Below, piece by piece: positions 9,473 through 20,056 of a stretch of 64,000 bases of DNA (within the stretch, counting starts at the first letter, position 1; every line of letters begins with the position of its first letter). The notes beneath the pieces were generated by a model that was not told the DNA's origin, did no database searches, and worked only from the letters and a program-made list of their open reading frames with translations. Position numbers and translations under genes: made by a program. Origin of the DNA: an uncultured Solirubrobacterales bacterium (GTDB lineage: Bacteria > Actinomycetota > Thermoleophilia > Solirubrobacterales > Solirubrobacteraceae); NCBI GenBank assembly GCA_963779695.1, contig CAVZZH010000024.1:16669-80668 (forward strand). The letters are read 5' to 3'.

Positions 9473-10939
9473 GCGGCCGCACGCCCGAGGAGCGTGAGGC
9501 GGCGCGGCTGGAGCGCGAGCGCCGTCGCGCGAAGCGCGGCGAGGCTGCGGTCGGCGGGCCGGAACCGGCACCGGCCGCCGACCCGATCGCAGCACCGCAG
9601 CCAACCCCGGCCCCCGAGCCAAGTCCCGCTCCGGCACCCGCCTACGAGCCCGAGGCCGTGTTCTCGCACGCCGCCGGACCGACTGGACTTCGACCATCAC
9701 GTCGACGAGGACGAGTACGGTCATCACGACACCGTGGACGAGCTTCCACTCGACGGCGAGCCCTTTGACGACGACGGCGGCGACGCGCCCGCCGGAACGC
9801 GGCGTGTCACGGGCCTCGAGCGGGGACGTCGCAACCTCCCGATCCGTCGCAAGCGTCGTCCGGCGCGATCGCCCCGGGGTGTCGGCCGCCGTCGGCTCCA
9901 CATGGGCCGCGGCGTGGCGATCCTCGCGATCCTCGCCGCCGCCGCGTTCATCTGGTTCCTCGTTCAGCTGTTCCAGCCGTTCCACGGCTCGGGCCACGGA
10001 CGCGTCACCGTGCGTATCCCTGCGCACGCGAGCTCGAGCGAGGTCGGCGACTTGCTCACCAAGGACGGGGTCATCTCCTCCAGCTTCTTCTTTGAGCTGC
10101 GCGCGACGCTCGCCGGCAAGCGCAGCGATCTGCGGTCGGGGACGTACCACCTCAAGCAGGACATGAGCTACAGCGACGTGCTGACGATCCTGACAAAGGC
10201 CCCGCCCGCCGCCAAGGTGAGCGAACTGACGCTGACCGAGGGAAAGACGCGGCGGCAGATCAGCGCGCTGCTGCACGGCGAGGGGATCCGCGGGAACTAC
10301 CTCGCGGACACCCGGCACTCGCCTTTGCTCAAGCCGACCGCGTATGGCGCTCCGCGCGACACACCGTCGCTGGAGGGCTTTCTGTTCCCCTCGACCTACC
10401 AGCTGCGAGATCCGATCAAGGTGTCGGCGCTCGTCGCCGATCAGCTCAAGGCGTTCCGCAAGGAATACGCCAAGGTCAACCTCGGCTACGCCCGCAGCAA
10501 GCACCTGACGCCATATGACGTTCTCATCATCGCCTCGATGGTCGAGACGGAGGCGGGGACGGGCCACGACCGGCCGCTCGTCGCCTCGGTCATCTACAAC
10601 CGTCTCAAGGCCGGGATGCCACTTCAGATCGACGCGACGACCCGCTACGCGACCGGCAACTACACCAAGCCGCTGACCGTCTCGGAGCTCAGTTCGTCCT
10701 CGCCGTACAACACGCGGATCCACAAGGGCCTGCCGCCGACGCCGATCAGCAACCCGGGGATGGCGGCGATTCAGGCCGCCGCCCATCCGCGGCAGACGAA
10801 GTACCTGTACTTCGTCGTGCGGCCGGGCAGTTGCGGCGAGTCCGTGTTCAGCACGAACTACCAGCAGTTCCTGCACGACCAGCAGCAGTACCAATCCGCG
10901 CGTGCCGCCCGTGGCGGTCGCTCGCCGACGCACTGCTGA
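9469..10939 (+). CDS. mltG: Endolytic transglycosylase MltG (apparent +1 frameshift at ~9667, probably a consensus error)
   Basis: LEGFLFPSTY, IIASMVETE, VASVIYNRL, LQIDAT, SPYNTR..GLPPTPISNPG; the N-terminus MSGRTPEEREAAR is in the adjacent frame. Confidence 0.9.
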
Positions 10940-10945
10940 GCGCCC

Positions 10946-11770
10946 GTGCGGACGATGCCCCCGGAGCCCACCCGCCTCGGCGTTCTCGGCTGGCCGGTCG
11001 CGCACAGCCGCTCGCCGGCGATGCAGAACGCGGCGCTCGCCGCCTCCGGAATGGACGGATGGCGCTACCAGCTGCTGCCTGTACCACCCGCGCTGTTCAT
11101 GGAGACCGTGCGGGCGCTCCCGATCGCCGGCTTCCGCGGGGCGAACGTGACGATTCCGCACAAGCACGACGCGCTCGCCGTGGCCACCGCCGCGACCGAG
11201 CGGGCTCGGGCCATCGGCGCCGCGAATACGCTGCTGTTCGAGTCCGGCGGCGCGATCCGCGCCGATAACACGGACGCGCCCGGGTTGATCGCTTCGTTGC
11301 CGTTTCCGATCGCCGGCCGCCGGGCACTCGTCCTCGGGGCGGGGGGAAGCGCACGTGCCGCCGTGTGGGCGCTGATCGACGCGGGCGCGGACGTGGTGTT
11401 CGTCTGGAATCGCACCGCCGCCCGGGCCACACGGTTGTGCAGCGAGCTGGGTGGCATTCCCGTGCAAGATGCCCCGCCTGCCGATGTCCTTATCCACTGT
11501 ACGTCCAGTGGGCTGGACGCCGCGGACTCGACGTTCAAACATGTTCCGGTGACCGCCGATGAGCTCGACAGGTACGAGTGCGTGGTTGACTTCGTGTACA
11601 CGAAGCCCGCACATGCGGGCACCGCGCTTGTGCAGGCTGCACGAGCGCGCTCGATCCCCGTCGTTGACGGGTTCGAGCTTCTCGTGGCCCAAGGCGCGCT
11701 CGCGTTCGAGCAATTCACCTCCAGACCCGCGCCGATCGAGCTGATGCGGGCAGCTGCACGGGGGCGCTGA
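10946..11770 (+). CDS. aroE: Shikimate dehydrogenase
   Basis: GWPVAHSRSP, GANVTIPHK, IGAANT, DNTD, GAGGSARA. Confidence 0.95.
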   Translation: MRTMPPEPTRLGVLGWPVAHSRSPAMQNAALAASGMDGWRYQLLPVPPALFMETVRALPIAGFRGANVTIPHKHDALAVATAATERARAIGAANTLLFESGGAIRADNTDAPGLIASLPFPIAGRRALVLGAGGSARAAVWALIDAGADVVFVWNRTAARATRLCSELGGIPVQDAPPADVLIHCTSSGLDAADSTFKHVPVTADELDRYECVVDFVYTKPAHAGTALVQAARARSIPVVDGFELLVAQGALAFEQFTSRPAPIELMRAAARGR

Positions 11771-13555
11771 TGGAGCCCGCGCCGCATCTGCGCGCGGTCG
11801 ATCCCGTCGAGCCCGCGCGCGGGAGCCACGACGGCGTCACCCCGCCGCGGCGGCGCGGCGGCTCGGGTCGGTTCCTGACCGACGTGATCGTCGAGCTCGG
11901 CTTCACCGACCGCGAGCGGGCCCAGAAGGCGATCGAGGACGCCCGCTCGGCCGGCATCCCGCCCGAGCGCGTACTGCTCGAAGCACGCGCGATCACGTCC
12001 GAGCAGCTCTCGCACGCGATCGCCGAGCGCTACGGCCTTGACCACCTCGACCTCGGCGTCTTCAAGGTCGACATGGCCGCGGTCAACCTGCTCAGCGCCT
12101 CAGCGGCAAAACGGTATTCGGCGGTGCCGGTGTCGTTCGTCGACGATCGCACGGTCCTGCTTGGCGATGTCCGACCCGGCGAACGTCCTCGCCGTCGACG
12201 ACGTCGCGCTGCTCACACGGATGGACGTCAAGCCCGCGGTCGCCTCCGGGGAGGACATCGCCGCGCTGATCGCGCGGATGAACCGCTTTGAGGATGCGGT
12301 TCAGGAGGCCGTCGACGAGGGGGAGGACGAGGCCGGCCCGCTGGAGATCGTCGACCTGCGCGAGTCCGCCGACGACGCACCGGTCATCAAGCTCGTGCAT
12401 TCGATCATCGCCGAGGCGACCGACCGCGGAGCGTCGGACATCCACTTCGAACCGCAGGCCGACGAAAACGGGCGGCTCGGGCACGGAACTGCGAGTGCGG
12501 ATGCGCATCGACGGGGTGCTCAGCGAGCAGACCCGGGTGCCGAAACGGATGGTCGCGGGCGTCGTGTCGCGCATCAAGATCATGGCCGACCTCGACATTT
12601 CCGAGCGTCGGATTCCGCAGGATGGCCGGGTCGGGCTGACCGTCGACGGGCGCCATATCGACATCCGCGCGGTCACGATCCCGAGCGTCCACGGCGAGTC
12701 GGTCGTGCTCCGCATCCTCGACAAGGACAACATCCGGCTCGAGCTCGACAAGATGGGCATGCAGAAGCATGAGCTCGACCGCTTCCGCCGCGGCGTTCAC
12801 CCGCGCCCACGGCGCCGTGCTCGCCACCGGGCCGACCGGTTCGGGCAAGTCAACCTCGCTCTACGGCGCGCTGCTCGAGCTCAACACGCCGGAGAAGAAC
12901 ATCATCACGATCGAGGACCCGGTCGAGTACCAGATCGCCGGGCATCACTCAGGTTCAGGTCAACCCGAAGGCCGGCCTCGGGTTTGCGCAGGGCCTGCGC
13001 TCGATGATGCGTGCCGACCCGGACATCCTGATGGTCGGCGAGATCCGCGACCGAGACACCGCCCAGATCGCGATCGAGGGCGCGCTCACCGGCCACATGG
13101 TGCTCTCGACGCTGCACACCAACGACGCTGCGTCGGCGATTACCCGGCTGATCGAAATGGGGATCGAGCCGTTCCTGGTCGCCTCCGCACTGGACTGCGT
13201 CGTCGCCCAGCGCCTGGCCCGAACGCTCTGCCCGCACTGCAAGCAGCGGACGATCATCTCCGCCGAGATCTTGCGCGACCACGGTTTTCACGCCCAGTTC
13301 GACATCGAGGCCTACGAGCCGGTCGGCTGCGTGCGATGCGGCCAGATGGGCTATCGCGGCCGTGTCGGGCTCTACGAAGTGATGGTGCTGTCCGAGGAGA
13401 TTCGCGAGCTCACGCTCCAGCGCGCCTCGGCCGATCAGATCAATACGGTCGCTCTCCGGGAGGGCATGCGCCGCCTGCGCGAGGACGGTCTCGAAAAGGT
13501 CAAAGCTGGACTGACGTCCATGGCCGAGATCTCCCGCGTAACGGGTTCGCACTGA
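11770..13555 (+). pseudogene. pilB: Type IV pilus assembly ATPase PilB, copy 1 (four +1 frameshifts at ~12161, ~12476, ~12795, ~12940)
   Basis: Fragments in successive frames: MshEN-like N-terminus, [48 protein letters not shown]; colinear with the intact copy at 15411-17065. Confidence 0.9.
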
Positions 13556-13566
13556 TCTGCCGATTA
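13539..13566 (+). promoter_or_regulatory. Putative sigma28-type promoter of pilT (duplicated at 17049-17076)
   Basis: TAAC-N16-GCCGATTA, 45 nt upstream of the pilT ATG. Confidence 0.55.
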
Positions 13567-13611
13567 CTAAGGGCGCTATGGGAATCGTTCGCCCGCGGAA
13601 CGGAGCACTGA

Positions 13612-14727
13612 ATGGAACTTGATTTCGCCGAGGTGCTGCTCGAAGTCGTCGAGCGGCGAGCCTCGGACCTGCATCTGACGGCCGGTGCACCGCCGATGGT
13701 CCGGGTCCGCGGCCGTCTGACGCCCATGGAGGGCTATCCCGTCCTCACGCCGACGGACACGCGTGAGATCGTCTACTCGATCCTCTCCAACTCGCAGCGC
13801 CAGAAGCTTGAGAACAACTGGCAGCTCGACTTCGCCTACCAGATCCCCGGCGCCGCCCGCTTCCGGGTCAACGCCTACTTCCAGCGGTCCGCGCTCGGCG
13901 CCGCATTCCGCCTGATCCCGTTTGAGATCGCTCCGCTCGAAACGCTCGGGCTGCCCGCGGTCGTCGCCGACTTCGCCAACAAGCCGCGGGGTCTCGTGCT
14001 CGTTACCGGGCCGACCGGCTCGGGCAAGTCGACGACGCTCGCGAGCCTGATCGATGTGATCAACGCCAGCCGCGAAGAGCACATCATGACGATCGAGGAC
14101 CCGATCGAGTTCCTGCACAACCACAAGAAGTGCATGGTCAACCAGCGCGAGATCGGCGCCGACGCAACGAACTTCGCCGACGCGCTCAAGGCGGCCCTCC
14201 GTCAGGACCCCGACGTGATCCTCGTCGGCGAGATGCGCGACATCGAGACGATCGGGACCGCGATCACGGCCGCGGAGACCGGCCACCTCGTGTTCGCGAC
14301 GCTGCACACCCAGGACACGCCGCAGACGATCGACCGCATCATCGACGTGTTCCCGTCCGCTCAGCAGGGGCAGATCCGCGCCCAGCTGTCGGTCGCGCTC
14401 CAAGGGATCATGACCCAGACGCTGCTGCCGACCGCCGACGGCTCCGGTCGCTGCTGCGCGGTCGAGGTGCTCGTCCCGACGCCCGCCGTGCGCAACCTCA
14501 TCCGCGAGGCCAAGAGCCACCAGATCTACTCGGTGCTCCAGACCGGCGGCCAGCACGGCATGCAGACGATGGACGCCTCGCTCGCCCAGCTCGTCCGCGC
14601 GGGCAAGATCACCCGCAAGCTCGCCGAGTCACGAGCGCACTCGGTCGAGGAGTTCAAGCGTCTGATCTCCGGCGGCATGCCCGCCCCGTCCGGCGGATCC
14701 AACGGCAGCGGGATGAGGGTCGCGTAG
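13612..14727 (+). CDS. pilT: Type IV pilus retraction ATPase PilT, copy 1
   Basis: [69 protein letters not shown]. Confidence 0.96.
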   Translation: MELDFAEVLLEVVERRASDLHLTAGAPPMVRVRGRLTPMEGYPVLTPTDTREIVYSILSNSQRQKLENNWQLDFAYQIPGAARFRVNAYFQRSALGAAFRLIPFEIAPLETLGLPAVVADFANKPRGLVLVTGPTGSGKSTTLASLIDVINASREEHIMTIEDPIEFLHNHKKCMVNQREIGADATNFADALKAALRQDPDVILVGEMRDIETIGTAITAAETGHLVFATLHTQDTPQTIDRIIDVFPSAQQGQIRAQLSVALQGIMTQTLLPTADGSGRCCAVEVLVPTPAVRNLIREAKSHQIYSVLQTGGQHGMQTMDASLAQLVRAGKITRKLAESRAHSVEEFKRLISGGMPAPSGGSNGSGMRVA

Positions 14728-14737
14728 GAGCTTCCGC

Positions 14738-17065
14738 ATGGCGACCTTCGTCTTCAAAGCCATGGACCTCGCCGGCGTTCCCGCCGGCGGTGAGGTCGAG
14801 GCCAACTCCAAGCAGGACGTCGCCGATCAGCTCAAAGAGCGCGGCCTGATCGTCATCGACATCGCGTCGAAGTACCGCTCCAAGGAGCTGAACCTCGACA
14901 TCATGGCGCGGGTCTCAGCGTCCGATCTCGCGATCGCCACCCGTCAGCTCTCGACGATGGTCACGTCCGGGATGACGATCCTGCGCTCGCTGTATGTCCT
15001 TGAGAACCAAACGAAGTCAAAGCTGCTGCGTGACACGTTCACCGCGGTCCGCCATGACGTCGAGGCCGGCCTGCTGCTCTCCGACGCGCTCGAGCGCCAT
15101 CCCAAGGTGTTCTCGACGCTGTACGTCGCGATGGTGCGCGCGGGGGAGACGGGTGGCGTGCTCGAGCAGGCACTGCTGCGGACCGCCGACCAGCTCGAGA
15201 AGGACGCGTCGCTGCGGCGCCAGATCCGCTCGGCGATGATCTACCCGATCCTTGTCATCACCTTCGCGCTCACGGTGATGCTCGCCCTCGTCGCCTTCCT
15301 CATCCCCGTGTTCGAGAAGGTGTTCAAGGAGTTCCACGGCAACCTGCCCGGGCTGACCAGGGTCATGGTCGGCTTCTCGCATCTGCTCACGCAGCGCTGG
15401 TACGTACTCATCGGCTTCACCGACCGCGAGCGGGCCCAGAAGGCGATCGAGGACGCCCGTTCGGCCGGCATCCCGCCCGAGCGCGTACTACTCGAATCAC
15501 GCGCGATCACGTCCGAGCAGCTCTCGCACGCGATCGCCGAGCGCTACGGGCTTGACCACCTTGACCTCGGCGTCTTCAAGGTCGACATGGCCGCGGTTAA
15601 CCTGCTCAGCGCGTCAGCGGCAAAACGGTATTCGGCGGTGCCGGTGTCGCTCGTCGACGACCGCACGGTCCTCCTGGCGATGTCCGACCCGGCGAACGTC
15701 CTCGCCGTCGACGACGTCGCGCTGCTCACACGGATGGACGTCAAGCCCGCGGTCGCCTCCGGGGAGGACATCGCCGCCCTGATCGCGCGGATGAACCGCT
15801 TTGAGGATGCGGTTCAGGAGGCCGTCGAGGAGGGGGAGGACGAGGCCGGCCCGCTGGAGATCGTCGACCTGCGCGAGTCCGCCGACGACGCACCGGTCAT
15901 CAAGCTCGTGCATTCGATCATCGCCGAGGCGACCGACCGCGGAGCGTCCGACATCCACTTCGAACCCCAGGCCGATGAAAACGGCCGGGCGGGCACGGAA
16001 CTACGTGTGCGGATGCGCATCGACGGGGTCCTCAGCGAGCAGACCCGGGTGCCCAAGCGGATGGTCGCGGGCGTCGTCTCCCGCATCAAGATCATGAGCG
16101 ACCTCGACATCTCCGAGCGCCGGATCCCCCAGGATGGGCGCGTCGGGCTGACCGTCGACGGGCGCCACATCGACATCCGCGTCGTGACGATCCCGAGCGT
16201 GCACGGCGAATCGGTCGTGCTCCGGATCCTCGACAAGGACAACATCCGGCTCGAGCTCGACAAGATGGGCATGCAGAAGCATGAGCTCGACCTCTTCCGC
16301 CGCGGGTTCACCCGCGCCCACGGAGCTGTCCTCGTCACCGGTCCGACCGGTTCGGGCAAGTCAACCTCGCTCTACGGCGCGCTGCTCGAGCTCAACACGC
16401 CGGAGAAGAACATCATCACGATCGAGGACCCGGTCGAGTACCAGATCGCGGGCATCACCCAGGTTCAGGTCAACCCCAAGGCCGGCCTCGGGTTTGCGCA
16501 GGGCCTGCGCTCGATGATGCGGGCCGACCCGGACATCCTGATGGTCGGCGAGATCCGCGACCGAGACACCGCCCAGATCGCGATCGAGGGCGCGCTCACC
16601 GGCCACATGGTGCTCTCGACGCTGCATACCAACGACGCTGCGTCGGCGATTACCCGGCTGATCGAAATGGGGATCGAGCCGTTCCTGGTCGCCTCCGCAC
16701 TGGACTGCGTCGTCGCCCAGCGCCTGGCCCGAACGCTCTGCCCGCACTGCAAGCAGCGGACGATCATCGCCGCCGAGATCTTGCGCGACCACGGTTTTCA
16801 CGCCCAGTTCGACATCGAGGCCTACGAGCCGGTCGGCTGCGTGCGCTGCGGCCAGATGGGCTATCGCGGCCGTGTCGGGCTCTACGAAGTGATGGTGCTG
16901 TCCGAGGAGATTCGCGAGCTAACGCTCCAGCGCGCCTCTGCCGATCAGATCAATACGGTCGCTCTCCGGGAGGGCATGCGGCGCCTGCGCGAGGACGGTC
17001 TCGAAAAGGTCAAAGCTGGACTGACGTCCATGGCCGAGATCTCCCGTGTAACGGGTTCGCACTGA
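14738..17065 (+). CDS. In-frame chimera: PilC N-terminal half fused to PilB lacking its first ~43 aa
   Basis: First ~225 aa match PilC (…TQRWYVLI), then GFTDRERAQKA… continues as PilB with Walker A GPTGSGKS; junction at 15410/15411. Confidence 0.85.
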   Translation: MATFVFKAMDLAGVPAGGEVEANSKQDVADQLKERGLIVIDIASKYRSKELNLDIMARVSASDLAIATRQLSTMVTSGMTILRSLYVLENQTKSKLLRDTFTAVRHDVEAGLLLSDALERHPKVFSTLYVAMVRAGETGGVLEQALLRTADQLEKDASLRRQIRSAMIYPILVITFALTVMLALVAFLIPVFEKVFKEFHGNLPGLTRVMVGFSHLLTQRWYVLIGFTDRERAQKAIEDARSAGIPPERVLLESRAITSEQLSHAIAERYGLDHLDLGVFKVDMAAVNLLSASAAKRYSAVPVSLVDDRTVLLAMSDPANVLAVDDVALLTRMDVKPAVASGEDIAALIARMNRFEDAVQEAVEEGEDEAGPLEIVDLRESADDAPVIKLVHSIIAEATDRGASDIHFEPQADENGRAGTELRVRMRIDGVLSEQTRVPKRMVAGVVSRIKIMSDLDISERRIPQDGRVGLTVDGRHIDIRVVTIPSVHGESVVLRILDKDNIRLELDKMGMQKHELDLFRRGFTRAHGAVLVTGPTGSGKSTSLYGALLELNTPEKNIITIEDPVEYQIAGITQVQVNPKAGLGFAQGLRSMMRADPDILMVGEIRDRDTAQIAIEGALTGHMVLSTLHTNDAASAITRLIEMGIEPFLVASALDCVVAQRLARTLCPHCKQRTIIAAEILRDHGFHAQFDIEAYEPVGCVRCGQMGYRGRVGLYEVMVLSEEIRELTLQRASADQINTVALREGMRRLREDGLEKVKAGLTSMAEISRVTGSH

Positions 17066-17121
17066 TCTGCCGATTACTAAGGGCGCTATGGGAATCGTTC
17101 GCCCGCGGAACGGAGCACTGA

Positions 17122-18237
17122 ATGGAACTTGATTTCGCCGAGGTGCTGCTCGAAGTCGTCGAGCGGCGAGCCTCGGACCTGCATCTGACGGCCGGTGCAC
17201 CGCCGATGGTCCGGGTCCGCGGCCGTCTGACGCCAATGGAGGGCTATCCCGTCCTCACGCCGACGGACACGCGCGAGATCGTCTACTCGATCCTCTCCAA
17301 CTCGCAGCGCCAGAAGCTTGAGAACAACTGGCAGCTCGACTTCGCCTACCAGATTCCCGGCGCCGCTCGCTTCCGTGTCAACGCCTACTTCCAGCGCTCC
17401 GCGCTCGGCGCCGCCTTCCGCCTGATCCCGTTTGAGATCGCCCCGCTCGAGACGCTCGGACTGCCGGCGATCGTCGCCGACTTCGCCCAGAAGCCGCGGG
17501 GTCTCGTGCTCGTCACGGGGCCGACCGGTTCCGGCAAGTCGACGACGCTCGCGAGCCTGATCGACGTGATCAACGCGAGCCGCGAAGAGCACATCATGAC
17601 GATCGAGGATCCGATCGAGTTCCTGCACAACCACAAGAAGTGCATGGTCAACCAGCGCGAACTCGGCGCCGACGCGACGAGCTTCGCCGAGGCGCTCAAG
17701 GCTGCGCTGCGCCAGGACCCGGACGTGATCCTCGTCGGCGAGATGCGTGACCTCGAGACGATCGGCACCGCGATCACCGCGGCGGAGACCGGCCACCTCG
17801 TATTCGCGACGCTGCACACGCAGGACACGCCGCAGACGATCGACCGCATCATCGACGTGTTCCCCTCGGCCCAGCAGGGCCAGATCCGCGCGCAGCTGTC
17901 GGTCGCGCTGCAGGGCATCATGACCCAGACACTGCTCCCGACCGCCGACGGCTCGGGCCGATGCTGCGCGGTGGAGGTGCTCGTCCCGACGCCCGCCGTG
18001 CGCAACCTCATCCGTGAGGCGAAGAGCCACCAGATCTATTCGGTGCTTCAGACCGGCGGCCAGCACGGCATGCAGACGATGGACGCCTCGCTCGCGCAGC
18101 TCGTGCGCGCGGGCAAGATCACCCGCCAGCTGGCCGAGTCACGGGCCCACTCGGTCGAGGAGTTCAAGCGTCTCATCTCCGGCGGCATGCCCGCCCCATC
18201 CGGCGGATTCAACGGCGGCGGGATGAGGGTCGCGTAG
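17122..18237 (+). CDS. pilT: Type IV pilus retraction ATPase PilT, copy 2
   Basis: Same motifs as copy 1, with about 9 aa substitutions. Confidence 0.96.
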   Translation: MELDFAEVLLEVVERRASDLHLTAGAPPMVRVRGRLTPMEGYPVLTPTDTREIVYSILSNSQRQKLENNWQLDFAYQIPGAARFRVNAYFQRSALGAAFRLIPFEIAPLETLGLPAIVADFAQKPRGLVLVTGPTGSGKSTTLASLIDVINASREEHIMTIEDPIEFLHNHKKCMVNQRELGADATSFAEALKAALRQDPDVILVGEMRDLETIGTAITAAETGHLVFATLHTQDTPQTIDRIIDVFPSAQQGQIRAQLSVALQGIMTQTLLPTADGSGRCCAVEVLVPTPAVRNLIREAKSHQIYSVLQTGGQHGMQTMDASLAQLVRAGKITRQLAESRAHSVEEFKRLISGGMPAPSGGFNGGGMRVA

Positions 18238-18247
18238 GAGCTCCCGC

Positions 18248-19456
18248 ATGGCCACCTTCGTCTTCAAAGCGATGGACCTCGCCGGCGTGCCTGCCGGAGG
18301 AGAGGTCGAGGCAAACTCCAAGCAGGATGTCGCCGAGCAGCTCAAAGAGCGCGGCCTGATCGTCATCGACATCGCGACGAAGTACCGCTCCAAGGAGCTG
18401 AACGTCGACCTCTTCGCCCACGTCAAGCCCGCCGATCTGGCGGTCGCGACGCGGCAGCTCTCGACGATGGTCACGTCGGGGATGACGATCCTGCGCTCGC
18501 TGTACGTGCTTGAGAACCAGACGAAGTCGAAGCTCCTGTGCAGCACGTTCACCGAGGTGCGCCACGACGTCGAGGCCGGCCTGCTGCTCTCCGACGCGCT
18601 TGAGCGCCACCCGAAGGTCTTCTCTGGCCTGTACGTCGCGATGGTCCGAGCCGGGGAGACCGGCGGCGTGCTCGAGCAGGCACTGCTCCGGACCGCAGAC
18701 CAGCTTGAGAAGGACGCGTCGCTGCGACGCCAGATCCGCTCGGCGATGATCTACCCGACCCTCGTCATCACGTTCGCGCTCACCGTGATGCTCGCCCTCG
18801 TCGCCTTCCTCATCCCCGTGTTCGAGAAGGTGTTCAAGGAGTTCCACGGCAAGCTGCCGGGGCTGAGCCAGTTCATGGTCGGGTTCTCGCACCTGCTCAC
18901 CCAGCGCTGGTACGTGCTCATCTTCTTCGTCGTGGCGATCGTCGGCGGCTTTCTCTCGTTCAAGAAGTCGAAATGGGGCCGCCCACACTGGGACGCGTTC
19001 AAGTTGCGCATCCCGATGAAGATCGGCGACGTCGTCCAGAAGGTCTGCATCGCCCGCTGGTCCCGCACCTTCTCGGCCCTCACGTCCGCCGGCGTGCCGA
19101 TCATCCAGGCGATCGAGATCACCGGCAAGACCGCCGGCAACGCCGTCATCGAGCGCGCCATGGATGACGTCATCACCTCCGTCAAGTCCGGCGGCTCGAT
19201 CGCCGAACCGCTCCGCAAGTCCAGCGCCTTCCCGATCATGGTTCCCCACATGATCGGCGTCGGCGAGGAGACGGGCGCGCTGGACGCGATGCTCGGCAAG
19301 GTCGCCGACTTCTACGAGGACGAGGTCGAGACGGCGGTCAAGGCCCTCACCTCGATCATGGAGCCGGCGATGATCATCCTCGTCGGCGGCATCGTCGGCG
19401 TGATCGTCATCTCGATGTACCTGCCGCTGTTCAGCGTCTACAACTCGATCAAGTAG
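18248..19456 (+). CDS. pilC: Type IV pilus platform protein PilC (GspF family)
   Basis: RQLSTMVTSG, AGETGGVLE, IRSAMIYP, VGEETGALD, SIMEP, YLPLF. Confidence 0.96.
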   Translation: MATFVFKAMDLAGVPAGGEVEANSKQDVAEQLKERGLIVIDIATKYRSKELNVDLFAHVKPADLAVATRQLSTMVTSGMTILRSLYVLENQTKSKLLCSTFTEVRHDVEAGLLLSDALERHPKVFSGLYVAMVRAGETGGVLEQALLRTADQLEKDASLRRQIRSAMIYPTLVITFALTVMLALVAFLIPVFEKVFKEFHGKLPGLSQFMVGFSHLLTQRWYVLIFFVVAIVGGFLSFKKSKWGRPHWDAFKLRIPMKIGDVVQKVCIARWSRTFSALTSAGVPIIQAIEITGKTAGNAVIERAMDDVITSVKSGGSIAEPLRKSSAFPIMVPHMIGVGEETGALDAMLGKVADFYEDEVETAVKALTSIMEPAMIILVGGIVGVIVISMYLPLFSVYNSIK

Positions 19457-19469
19457 ACCCTCCTGACGA

Positions 19470-19510
19470 GCTCGCCGTACTCGGGTTGATCTCACGAGTA
19501 GCGGTCGAGC
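19470..19510 (+). terminator. Imperfect hairpin after pilC (possible terminator)
   Basis: GCTCG-CCG-TACTCG … CGAGTA-G-CGG-T-CGAGC inverted arms; no U-tract. Confidence 0.35.
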
Positions 19511-19610
19511 GGAGGTGGGTCAGGTTCCACCCCTAGGGTGGCTGGTCGCCGAGCCGGTCTGAGCGGAGGATGAATCCCGTAACCCGGACCGATTCCACGA
19601 GGAGACCGCC

Positions 19611-19820
19611 ATGTTCATCCAGGACCTTGATTCAACCGCCAGCTATCGCACTCTCGCCCGTGGGTACGGAAGTGGCTTTGCGCGCGCCTACCGCGCCTCG
19701 CAGCGGGACCGCGCCGGCGCATGCGGATCCGGACGTGGCGAGTTCGGTGGGGCGCGGCCGGCCGGCGCCGCGAGCGCCCTCGACACGCCGCGCGCCGAGC
19801 AGCGCCGCTTCCGCGCGTAA
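19611..19820 (+). CDS. Small hypothetical protein (69 aa)
   Basis: Strong RBS GAGGAG 7 nt before the ATG; no recognisable family. Confidence 0.45.
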   Translation: MFIQDLDSTASYRTLARGYGSGFARAYRASQRDRAGACGSGRGEFGGARPAGAASALDTPRAEQRRFRA

Positions 19821-20031
19821 CCGCCGATCGGACGCCGGGTCCGGTGGCCGGGCGCCGGGGTGAACTCCCGAATCCAGCCGTCCGGCCGCGCAGCGCGATT
19901 TGGTTTCGGGAGTTTGGGTTGATAGTTCACCCAAACGGCCGAAACCAACCGCCGGCCGACGCCGGCCGGGACGAGACGGCCCCGGACGAGCCGCCCCGGC
20001 GAAGTGACGCGACCGCGCCCCGGCCAGGACC

Positions 20032-20056
20032 CACAGCGGTCGACCGACCGCTAGTG
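20032..20056 (-). promoter_or_regulatory. Bacterial SECIS element (candidate)
   Basis: Minus strand CAC-U-AGCGGUC-[GGUC]-GACCGCU-GUG; the apical loop starts with G and lies 17 nt after the UGA; bulged U. Confidence 0.75.

Larger units (their letters stand above)
11897..18920 (+). repeat. Diverged tandem duplication of 'pilB-pilT-pilC' (11897-15410 and 15411-18920)
   Basis: pilT and pilC starts are each offset by exactly 3510 bp; the pilB-pilT spacer is identical; many third-position substitutions elsewhere. Confidence 0.97.
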
